Below are positions 38,739 to 47,279 of a stretch of 64,000 nt of DNA, one piece after another. The position numbers and the translations under genes are program-made. The DNA lies in contig CAXAFE010000002.1 of the NCBI GenBank assembly GCA_963968165.1, forward strand, positions 72,244-136,243, in the 5' to 3' direction. Every line of letters begins with the position of its first letter. Position 1 is the stretch's first letter. The notes beneath the pieces were generated by a model, which saw nothing but the letters and a program-made list of their open reading frames with translations, did no database searches and was not told where the DNA came from. Source of the stretch: an uncultured Candidatus Poseidoniales archaeon. GTDB taxonomy: Archaea > Thermoplasmatota > Poseidoniia > Poseidoniales > Thalassarchaeaceae.

Positions 38739-41357
38739 CTAAAAATCAAATAATGTTTGCTGCCTTGAGCCTGAAAGTAGTTCCTTCTCACTCCAATTGA
38801 ATGCCTCAGTTATCCTACCGAGTGCTTTTGCAAGCCGACCGGCATAATATATTGCGTCATAATCCGGCGCAGGAGCCCCTATTTCATCAACTAACCATGG
38901 CTCTACTTTCATTGGGCTCGCCTTGGCATCGGTCACTATGTAACCTACTTTCATACCTGGGGTGAAAGTTAGGCCTAGTTTTATTCTCTCTTTTGCTGCT
39001 CTGATGTATGGGAGATTTTCGTTAGTATACATATCAAAGGACCATTGATTGTTTTTACTATCCCATCGGCCTTTACAGGACCTGCTTATCACAAGTTTTG
39101 ATGGATCTATTTTTTTTGCCTTAACCTCATCAATTACGTTTTTTGTCATTTCAACAGATGTCCATGATTCATTATCCAATATTAATTCAAACATTTCAGT
39201 CATAGTTTCTCTCAATAATTCAAAGGAATCTGTTCTTCTTACCTCATATCCCCGAATTAGTAATTCTTCCCTCGGCCAAATTACTCTTCCAACATATCTT
39301 TTTTTTGCACCATGGCTAAAAAATGCAGAAAGTGCAGTTTCGAACTCTAATTCTGCACCTTCCTTTGTAAATCTCGATGCGAGTTTTTCACCAAAATCTA
39401 ATGTAGTTTTTTTTGCAATTTCCCAATTTGAAAAGTTTTCATTACTCTCCTTGGGTTTACTAGTAGGAGCATTAGAATCAACTGGCGCCCTAACAAATAT
39501 TGAATCTGTATCTGAATATACAACATCTTTACCCTCTTCTTCAAGTTGCCTTATTATTTCTTTAATATTATATCTTGCCCATTCAGTAATACTAGCGCCA
39601 AGTTTTGGATCTGTAAACCGATAAAAACTAGATGCGAATACTCCATAGAATGAATTCATAAGTATCTTGACCGCATATTGCAGTTGATCTTGTAAGAATG
39701 CTTGCTCTTCATCGCCTGCCTCTTTTGCATCTCTAAAAGCAGCTTTGTATTGGTCTCTGCTCTTCATAAGATGATGTAATAATTGTGGGACTAAGCCTTT
39801 TCGAATCTCCTTTGAAACATATCTAGTCTCCGTAATGGGTGAAATATTATCAGATTCATGATTTCTTTTTTCATCTCTTACTAATGTTGTAGAACATATA
39901 TTATTAGAAATCATAATAGATGGGTACATCGATTTGAAATCTAGTACTGTTATCCATGGACGCATTCCCGCTTCAACTTCATGTACATAGCCACCGGCTA
40001 TTTGATTCCTCTTTCTAGGTCCTGATTTGGTCATAGGAACTGCAATATTTGAACGATCTGCTAGTCTAATCACAAGAGAATCTATCCACCAACTTGTTGT
40101 AGCTGTTGCTGCTATATTGACCGTTGTCATAGCAACAGATGCCAAGGCTTCTTTTCGTCCTATAGCCTGTAGTTGATTTAGAATATCTATGGGAATAATC
40201 GTATCTCTAACGCAATACTCCATAACTTCGTCTGGTCTATTTGCCCATTCCATATCCATTTGGCTAGAGTCGATATCTAGTTTATGCATCTCTTCATCAT
40301 TTGGCCATAATAACTGAGAGACATATCTTAGTGATTCCCTTTGGGGCCTAAGTGTCTGACGTGCTTGCCACCATGCATCTAATGGTATACGCCCTGGAAT
40401 TCGCCAAACCCTATTTTGCTGTCGAGCGGGTAAAAGTCTTTTATATTCAGTTTCAATTAGTGGAACTCTGCCCCAACCATTAAGCATCATTGAATCCATT
40501 TTTCTCTTTTTTGATAGAGCGAAGCAGCGTTCTTCCATCCTGGGTAAATCGAAGTTATCAATATTATATCCTGTAATTATATCTGGATCTTCATGTCTTA
40601 TTAGATTTGTCAGGCCTTCCATAATAGATTTTTCATCGCCTCTAAATTTGTGTTCAGTTCTTTTTTTATTTCTTTCAATAACAGCAGCAGCACATAATAT
40701 TTCATTTGTGGCTATACTAGTTTCTAAATCAAATGAAAAAGTTACAAACGGCGTGGTAAAAGGTTTAGTTTTTTTTAAATTATCATAATTACAAGAGACT
40801 ACCATATCAACAGGATAAATTCCTGCCCCTCCAACCTTCCTAATTGCCGAATCGGCAATTTTAGTATTGGAATTATTATCATTTTTTATTGCATTTGGTG
40901 CTCTACTTCCTGCCCATAATATGTCTCCTTCAACTTTGATATGAGGGCCTAAGTCACAATCCAAAAGTAGTCGTTGAACAAACAAAATATCTGCACTTGT
41001 AACACCCCAACCAATTTTTTTAAGTTTCTCTCTGACATTTCGAACGAAACGTGTATCTTTTATGTAAACTCTCCAAAATGGCTTTATTTCTCCTTCAAAT
41101 AATTTATCTTCTATCTTTTCCGGAGGTCCATAAATTTCTTTTATGTATTCTAGATCTCCTAACATCAAAGAAAAATTTTTAGAATTAAATTTAGGATTAA
41201 ATATCTCTAGATAGGGGCGTAATCCATTTACCAATAATAAAACGGAATGACCATTTTTAGAACGGCACCATAACTCAATTACTGTTTTTGGAATATCCTG
41301 CTCTTCCCAACTTCTATTATCTCCAGAGATAATGCATAGCTCATCCTGCCACCCCAT
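38739..41357 (-). CDS. polB: family B DNA polymerase with 3'-5' exonuclease
   Basis: FDLET, GYNIDNFD, YCVRD; DFKSMYPS, KILMNSFYG, YSDTDS; C-terminal PIP-box QQTLFDF. Confidence 0.96.
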   Translation of the reverse strand: MGWQDELCIISGDNRSWEEQDIPKTVIELWCRSKNGHSVLLLVNGLRPYLEIFNPKFNSKNFSLMLGDLEYIKEIYGPPEKIEDKLFEGEIKPFWRVYIKDTRFVRNVREKLKKIGWGVTSADILFVQRLLLDCDLGPHIKVEGDILWAGSRAPNAIKNDNNSNTKIADSAIRKVGGAGIYPVDMVVSCNYDNLKKTKPFTTPFVTFSFDLETSIATNEILCAAAVIERNKKRTEHKFRGDEKSIMEGLTNLIRHEDPDIITGYNIDNFDLPRMEERCFALSKKRKMDSMMLNGWGRVPLIETEYKRLLPARQQNRVWRIPGRIPLDAWWQARQTLRPQRESLRYVSQLLWPNDEEMHKLDIDSSQMDMEWANRPDEVMEYCVRDTIIPIDILNQLQAIGRKEALASVAMTTVNIAATATTSWWIDSLVIRLADRSNIAVPMTKSGPRKRNQIAGGYVHEVEAGMRPWITVLDFKSMYPSIMISNNICSTTLVRDEKRNHESDNISPITETRYVSKEIRKGLVPQLLHHLMKSRDQYKAAFRDAKEAGDEEQAFLQDQLQYAVKILMNSFYGVFASSFYRFTDPKLGASITEWARYNIKEIIRQLEEEGKDVVYSDTDSIFVRAPVDSNAPTSKPKESNENFSNWEIAKKTTLDFGEKLASRFTKEGAELEFETALSAFFSHGAKKRYVGRVIWPREELLIRGYEVRRTDSFELLRETMTEMFELILDNESWTSVEMTKNVIDEVKAKKIDPSKLVISRSCKGRWDSKNNQWSFDMYTNENLPYIRAAKERIKLGLTFTPGMKVGYIVTDAKASPMKVEPWLVDEIGAPAPDYDAIYYAGRLAKALGRITEAFNWSEKELLSGSRQQTLFDF

Positions 41358-41498
41358 GGTTCCACTTTGTAATTAGGGGTGACTTATTGATATTCAATTT
41401 ATGTATCACATAAAGACAAATATTCGATATAAGTGCATATCGATAGGAATTATTGAAAACACATTGCGTTGCGGTTATACAATAGGAGTCACCAGAGA

Positions 41499-42527
41499 AT
41501 GGAAAAAAATATTTCTGCCATAGATTGGGATAATCTCACTTTCAGTTTTAGAGAGACGGATAAAATGTATATTTCTACATGTAAGCAGGGTGAAGAATGG
41601 ACTTTAGGAAAGATTCAAGATTTTCAAAATTTAAGTTTATCTCCAGCAGCAGGAGTGATAAATTATGGTCAAGGATTATTTGAAGGAATGAAGGCATATC
41701 GGACTGTAGATGGAAAAATTGTTCTATTTAGACCTAAAGAAAATGCTAAGAGAATGCAAATAGGGGCTCGCAGACTTGGTATGCCTGAAGTCCCTGAAAA
41801 AATTTTTTTAGATGCAGTCATAAAAACTGTTCAAGAAAATTCGAGGTGGATCCCTCCATTCGGAAAAGGGACCCTGTATATTCGCCCACTTTTAATGGGA
41901 AGTGGTCCTATCTTAGGAGTATCTCCTGCGCCCGAATATACCTTCCTAGTTTACGTATCTCCTGTTGGACCATATTTTAAAGGAGGGTTAAAACCAACCT
42001 CTTTAAAAATATCAGAAAAACACCATAGAGCAGCTCCTGGTGGGTCCGGAGGAGTAAAGGCCATTGGAAATTATGCCCCTGGAATGGTGCCCTCGCAAAA
42101 TGCAAAGAAGGATGGATTCGCAGAAATAATATACCTTGATGCTGTAAATCATAAGTATATCGAAGAAGTTGGTGCTGCAAACTTTTTTTGTGTAAAAGAT
42201 AGAGTTGTGTATACTCCGGAGTTGACAGGAACTATATTAGGAGGAATTACAAGATTATCAATAATAGAGTTGGCTAGATCAAAGGGGTATGAAGTTATAG
42301 AAGAAAAAATAAATGTTGAGTTTGCTCTAACTGCAGATGAGTGTTTCTGTGCTGGAACCGCAGCTGTTGTTTCTTCTATAGGCTCAATAAAACATGGGGA
42401 GAAAGTTGTTGAATATTCTAATGGAGGAATAGGAGAAGTAACTAGAGATATTTATGACAGTCTTGTATCGATACAGAATAGAGTATCTGAAGATACCTTT
42501 GGTTGGATGATGGAAATTAAAATTTAA
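41499..42527 (+). CDS. ilvE: branched-chain amino acid aminotransferase (bacterial type)
   Basis: YGQGLFEGMKAY, LYIRP, KAIGNYA, ILGGITR, GTAAVV. Confidence 0.95.
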   Translation: MEKNISAIDWDNLTFSFRETDKMYISTCKQGEEWTLGKIQDFQNLSLSPAAGVINYGQGLFEGMKAYRTVDGKIVLFRPKENAKRMQIGARRLGMPEVPEKIFLDAVIKTVQENSRWIPPFGKGTLYIRPLLMGSGPILGVSPAPEYTFLVYVSPVGPYFKGGLKPTSLKISEKHHRAAPGGSGGVKAIGNYAPGMVPSQNAKKDGFAEIIYLDAVNHKYIEEVGAANFFCVKDRVVYTPELTGTILGGITRLSIIELARSKGYEVIEEKINVEFALTADECFCAGTAAVVSSIGSIKHGEKVVEYSNGGIGEVTRDIYDSLVSIQNRVSEDTFGWMMEIKI

Positions 42528-42961
42528 CGCCCAAATTTATTCCTACGGCTTGAAGATTTAGACTTATTTTTAAATGATTTTCTTTGTGAAGATTTACTTC
42601 TTTTAATTGTTTTATTATCGGCTGTAGAACTATTATCGGACTTAGAGTGCATATAATTTTTCCTCAGCCTCAAACCGATTGATTGTAAAACACCTTCTTT
42701 ACTTTCAGCGTTAGTAGATTCCAATGCATCTTTTGTCGACAATATTAGCATACCTTCTTTTGAAAATGGTCGAGAGGGATGTTTTGCATCTTCTTCTCGT
42801 TTCATTTTACTTATTCCAGCATCCCTTGCAGCCCAAATTATTGCATCTAAGGTAGGATTAGGAATACTGGCCTCTTTTGGGACTCTTCGACCAGAAGAAC
42901 GAGTGAGTTTAGAATCGAAATATCGAGTCCAAATCTTAATTTTCCGGGGATCGCGAGTCAT
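42524..42961 (-). CDS. srp19: signal recognition particle protein SRP19
   Basis: IWTRYFDSKLTRSSGRRVPK, KHPS; adjacent to S8e. Confidence 0.9.
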   Translation of the reverse strand: MTRDPRKIKIWTRYFDSKLTRSSGRRVPKEASIPNPTLDAIIWAARDAGISKMKREEDAKHPSRPFSKEGMLILSTKDALESTNAESKEGVLQSIGLRLRKNYMHSKSDNSSTADNKTIKRSKSSQRKSFKNKSKSSSRRNKFGR

Positions 42962-43010
42962 GTCTTCACATACCTCTTCGGGTAGGATTGATTTTAGTAT
43001 TTTGTAAAGA

Positions 43011-43406
43011 TTAGTCTTCTAATAGAATTCCGCTCACAACACCATGCATACCTGGGCGGCTAGTAACTTTAACTTGGCCGATATCGGTCTCAACTATAGC
43101 GCCTTTAGTAACAATATTTCTACGAACATAGTTAGTATCTGCATCATTTTTCACAACATTATTTATCTTGGCGCGAACAGTCTTACCTTCTTTTGGTTTG
43201 TTAACATTAATACTACTAACAGAAAGTACACGAACAGTCTGAATTCCTGCTGTTTTACGATATATTTTACGTGCATCAGTGTCACCTACAAAAGCAAACT
43301 GATTCTCACTCGAAATCTCTGTCTTTCGCTTTCCTCGATACCTACTTGGGCGCTTCAAACGTCCGCCACTTGGTTTACGACGAGATATGCCATGCCACTT
43401 TGCCAT
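43011..43406 (-). CDS. rps8e: 30S ribosomal protein eS8
   Basis: SRRKPSGGR, YVRRNIVTKGA, VTSRPG. Confidence 0.96.
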   Translation of the reverse strand: MAKWHGISRRKPSGGRLKRPSRYRGKRKTEISSENQFAFVGDTDARKIYRKTAGIQTVRVLSVSSINVNKPKEGKTVRAKINNVVKNDADTNYVRRNIVTKGAIVETDIGQVKVTSRPGMHGVVSGILLED

Positions 43407-43508
43407 CCTCCCGCCGACCGTCCCCCCTTATTTCAATAGATTGGCAAAACCATATTTTGATTAAATGGAAAAAGATATCTTATTCTGTCATGATTTATAC
43501 GATAGCTT

Positions 43509-44012
43509 GTGAGTGAGAAGAGGTTGAGGCGCCGTACTCCTGTAAGGTATAAACAGGTTAGAAGAATAATAGAGGAAATATCAGCAAATATTGGTATGAA
43601 TATCGATATTTCTTCAAATTTTTTAGAGAGTGCTCATTTTGATGGAAAAGATGTCTTGTTGGTAGATAGGAAAATATTAGCATTTTTAATTAAAACAGAA
43701 AATGATAGAATATGGTTTCCAACAATCCGAGGTATTTTACAGTGGATGCCTGTAAATAAATGGGCAGCCGTTGATCACGGTGCTATACCTTTTTTGATGA
43801 ATGGAGCAGATTGCATGGGGGCTGGCGTACACCTCGCGGATGATTCTATTCGAAAAAATGATATGATTTGGATAAAAGATCAACAACATGGTAAACCTCT
43901 TGCAATAGGAATCGCAGTCATAGATGGATTAGACATGGTAAACATGACACAAGGGAAAGCAATAGAAACCATACATTGGATTGGGGATGAACTTTGGGAA
44001 TTAGAAACATAA
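43509..44012 (+). CDS. PUA-domain RNA-binding protein (MCT-1/Tma20-like)
   Basis: FPTIRG, VDHGAIPFLMNGAD, KPLAIG, GKAIETIHWIGDELW. Confidence 0.85.
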   Translation: MSEKRLRRRTPVRYKQVRRIIEEISANIGMNIDISSNFLESAHFDGKDVLLVDRKILAFLIKTENDRIWFPTIRGILQWMPVNKWAAVDHGAIPFLMNGADCMGAGVHLADDSIRKNDMIWIKDQQHGKPLAIGIAVIDGLDMVNMTQGKAIETIHWIGDELWELET

Positions 44013-44051
44013 ATCAAGAGGTTTAATTTGTGACGATGATGGGCGCTACAT

Positions 44052-44615
44052 ATGAACAAACCAATGGCCATTCTTTTTATTTTAATGGTCTTACAATCAG
44101 TAACAGGATCAAGTGGAGGCATAAATCAAAATATTGATATTCAGGGTACAGGAATCGCAAGTTTAGAATATGAGGATTTTGTTATTGAGTCTAATGATTT
44201 TGATATCACAGTAATTTTAGATAATGAGACTGCTAAAAATGGTACTTCAGTTACTATTGTAACTCAAATTTGTATAAATTCTGGAGTATGTTATCCTCCT
44301 GAAGATAATGATTTGATATCATCAGAAGATAGGAAATTTTGGAATGGGTCAATAGAAGTTAATGAAGATGCCAGTTATTTGAACTGGCGGATTAAGATGA
44401 TTTTTAGCGACGGTAATGAAACTAATATTCCTGAGAATGGGTTTGGATGGAAGGTTTGGTCAACTTGTTGGTTTGATGGAGTTTCTTGGGGAGGTTCTGA
44501 CGAGTCATGTAATTCTAGTGTTGAAGATTCATCCCTTTCTGGTTTTGGAATACTAATTACAATTTCAGCAGCATTTATCGCTGTAGTTGTAACAAGGCAT
44601 AGAAGAGGTTTATGA
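44052..44615 (+). CDS. secreted protein with C-terminal PGF-CTERM-like anchor
   Basis: Signal peptide; C-terminal LSGF + TM + RHRR. Confidence 0.65.
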   Translation: MNKPMAILFILMVLQSVTGSSGGINQNIDIQGTGIASLEYEDFVIESNDFDITVILDNETAKNGTSVTIVTQICINSGVCYPPEDNDLISSEDRKFWNGSIEVNEDASYLNWRIKMIFSDGNETNIPENGFGWKVWSTCWFDGVSWGGSDESCNSSVEDSSLSGFGILITISAAFIAVVVTRHRRGL

Positions 44616-44616
44616 T

Positions 44617-45291
44617 ATGTATAACAACAAACCTGATTTTATTAATTTAGATTTTAAAGAGTTTTCTTTGACAGAAATGGAGGATAGAGCTAATGCATTT
44701 TTTTCTTTAATGAATAATAGACGCACAACAAGGCACTTTTCAAAAAAAAGGGTTAGTCGAGAATTAATAAAAACAGCAATAAAAACAGCAAGTACTGCTC
44801 CTTCAGGGGCCCATTTGCAGCCTTGGACATTTGTTGCAGTATCGAATGAAGACTTGAAAACTAGAATTCGTGAGGCATCTGAAAAAGAAGAACGGAGAAC
44901 ATATGAAGATAGGATGCCAGAATCATGGTCAGAATTACTAAGGCCATTGGGGACAGATTACATCAAAGAACATATTTCTGATGCTCCATGGGTAATTATT
45001 GTATTTAGGCAGACAAAACGTCAAAGAAAAAATTTAGAATGGAGTCCCACGTATTATTCACAAGAATCTTGTGGAATAGCGATTGGATTATTTATTGCTG
45101 CGATTCATAATATGGGTCTCGTTACGTTAACTCATACTCCTTCTCCAATGGGATTTCTACGAGAGATATTAGGTCGACCAGATCATGAACATGCCATGTT
45201 GCTTATGCCCGTTGGCTATCCTGAAGATGGTGCTAAAGTACCAAATATAGCCCGTAAAGATATGGCTGAAGTAATAAAATGGAAGGAATAA
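44617..45291 (+). CDS. iodotyrosine deiodinase-like nitroreductase
   Basis: RRTTRHFS, TAPSGAHLQPW, lid EERRTY...LGTDYIK, LVTLTHTPSPMGFL. Confidence 0.88.
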   Translation: MYNNKPDFINLDFKEFSLTEMEDRANAFFSLMNNRRTTRHFSKKRVSRELIKTAIKTASTAPSGAHLQPWTFVAVSNEDLKTRIREASEKEERRTYEDRMPESWSELLRPLGTDYIKEHISDAPWVIIVFRQTKRQRKNLEWSPTYYSQESCGIAIGLFIAAIHNMGLVTLTHTPSPMGFLREILGRPDHEHAMLLMPVGYPEDGAKVPNIARKDMAEVIKWKE

Positions 45292-45294
45292 AGA

Positions 45295-46248
45295 CTATTC
45301 GCTAGTTTTTGGTGGTGCAAAAAATACTAATGCAATTCCTGAAATTATAATTAAAAAACCACCGATTATATTTGTCGTTGTTAATAACTCATCGAAAATT
45401 AAATAGCCATATAGTGTAGCAATTATTACTGTTAGATAGGAAAAGGCACTAACCCACGCAGCATTCGCTTTATGATAAGCCATTGTTATTCCTATCTGGC
45501 CACCACCAGCTCCAATTCCGACTCCAACCAATGCCAATCCTATTTTGGGTGTTAAATTCACCATATCTGGTGAGGCCTGAATTATTGATCCTAAAATAGA
45601 AAATATTGCAAACCAAAATACAACACTTACAGGTGAGTCGGTTTGTTTCAATTTTCTTATGTAAATATATGCTAATGCAGCAAAAAAACCTGATCCAAGG
45701 GCTAATAAAGCGTCAGGTTCAATATTTTCTGTATTTGGTGAAACTACCAAAATTATACCAATAAAAGAAGTAATAAGTAAAGCAAATACAGAAGTAGAGA
45801 CTTTTTCCCTAATTATACGACCTGATAGAATTGCAACGAATAATGGTGCGGTATATTGTAACGTTACTGCTTGACCAATTGGAATTCTTGCAAGTGCTGA
45901 AAAATATAAAATCATTGCAATTAATCCGGATAAACATCTAAAAAACATAGTTTTTTTATCTCTAGGAATTAAAGTAATATTATTGATATTGGCAACGATT
46001 GCGACAAAGAATGCGATTACGGCTGATCTCACGAAAATTAGCATCCAAACATCGGCATATTCAGATGTCCATTTGACTAGAGCATTCATTGATCCAAAAC
46101 AGATACTTCCAAAAATCATCCAAGAAACAGCAGCCTTTGGTGAGTCTTTGGAGTTTAACTCATGGTTCACGAATCCTGAAAGATTAGGTGTATCTTCTGC
46201 TAGGTTAGCCATAGAATTCAAGCCTCTGCCTAGTCTTTTCTTTGTCAT
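45295..46248 (-). CDS. EamA/DMT membrane protein with N-terminal ParB-like LGRGL peptide
   Basis: About 10 TM helices, AVTLQYTAPLF, RE, FSYLTVI; starts MTKKRLGRGLNSM at a TAATG overlap with the parA stop. Confidence 0.88.
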   Translation of the reverse strand: MTKKRLGRGLNSMANLAEDTPNLSGFVNHELNSKDSPKAAVSWMIFGSICFGSMNALVKWTSEYADVWMLIFVRSAVIAFFVAIVANINNITLIPRDKKTMFFRCLSGLIAMILYFSALARIPIGQAVTLQYTAPLFVAILSGRIIREKVSTSVFALLITSFIGIILVVSPNTENIEPDALLALGSGFFAALAYIYIRKLKQTDSPVSVVFWFAIFSILGSIIQASPDMVNLTPKIGLALVGVGIGAGGGQIGITMAYHKANAAWVSAFSYLTVIIATLYGYLIFDELLTTTNIIGGFLIIISGIALVFFAPPKTSE

Positions 46249-47201
46249 TAGATTAATCCCCAACGTTTTTCTAGAACTGATGTTACTTTTTGATAATCTT
46301 GACCACCAGCGCTTTTTGGATCATATAGATGAATCGGGATACCATGACTAGGCGCTTCTGCGAGCTTGATGTTTCTTCTAATTGCAGGACGAACTATCAA
46401 TTCGGGGAAGTAATCTAAAACCTCATTAGCAACTTGTTGATTTAGTAATGTCGAGGAATGCATTGTCAGCAAGACTCCATCCACTCCTAATCTTGGATTT
46501 AGTAGATTTCTGACTTCTTTTATTGTACCTGATAATAACGCAAGTCCTTCCAAGGCAAAGTATTCAGTCTGTACTGGTATCAATAATCCATCACTTGCAA
46601 CTAAGGCATTAATAGTAACTAATCCTAAAGAGGGGGGTGTGTCAATAAAGATAACATCATAATGTGGTAGTAATGGATTCAATGCTTCAACTAGTCTTCT
46701 TTCTCTACCTAATTGTCTGAGCATTTCTTGTTCTAAGCCTATAAGATTCTTATCTCCAACGATTATATGTAATCCATCAACTGCAGTTGCATGCCTCGCA
46801 CTAATAGCTGTTTCAGGATTTAATATTAAGTCCCTGGTAGTTTCCTTTACTTTGCTCTTGTCGACACCTAAACCTGTCGCACAGTTACCTTGCGAATCGG
46901 AGTCTATAACAAGTATATTATACCCCCTTAATGCTAACTGTGCTGCTATATTTATGACAGTTGTAGTTTTGCCAACTCCACCTTTTTGATTGATTACAGT
47001 AACTATCCTAGCCCTACCTTTTGGAGTGGTCAAGGATTTAGGTAAATTTAGAGCATCGTCTGTCTTTGTTGTTTGAACATCCTCATAGGAATCAGTAGTA
47101 AGTACATGGTCGTTATCTTCGGTTTCAGTAAATTCAATATCTATAATGAGAGGTGCTTCATCGACCTCTGGGAGATTTTTTTTATTTTCAGTTTTCTCCA
47201 T
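46248..47201 (-). CDS. parA: Soj/ParA-family ATPase with acidic N-terminal extension
   Basis: NQKGGVGKTT, DSDSQGN, IDTPPSLG, PVQTEYFALEG, RRNIKLAEAPSHG. Confidence 0.93.
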   Translation of the reverse strand: MEKTENKKNLPEVDEAPLIIDIEFTETEDNDHVLTTDSYEDVQTTKTDDALNLPKSLTTPKGRARIVTVINQKGGVGKTTTVINIAAQLALRGYNILVIDSDSQGNCATGLGVDKSKVKETTRDLILNPETAISARHATAVDGLHIIVGDKNLIGLEQEMLRQLGRERRLVEALNPLLPHYDVIFIDTPPSLGLVTINALVASDGLLIPVQTEYFALEGLALLSGTIKEVRNLLNPRLGVDGVLLTMHSSTLLNQQVANEVLDYFPELIVRPAIRRNIKLAEAPSHGIPIHLYDPKSAGGQDYQKVTSVLEKRWGLI

Positions 47202-47279
47202 GAGTATACGACGCGTAGGAAGATGTTGAATATGCCGGAGATAATACAGTCGAATAATGACAATGATATACGATTGGGT

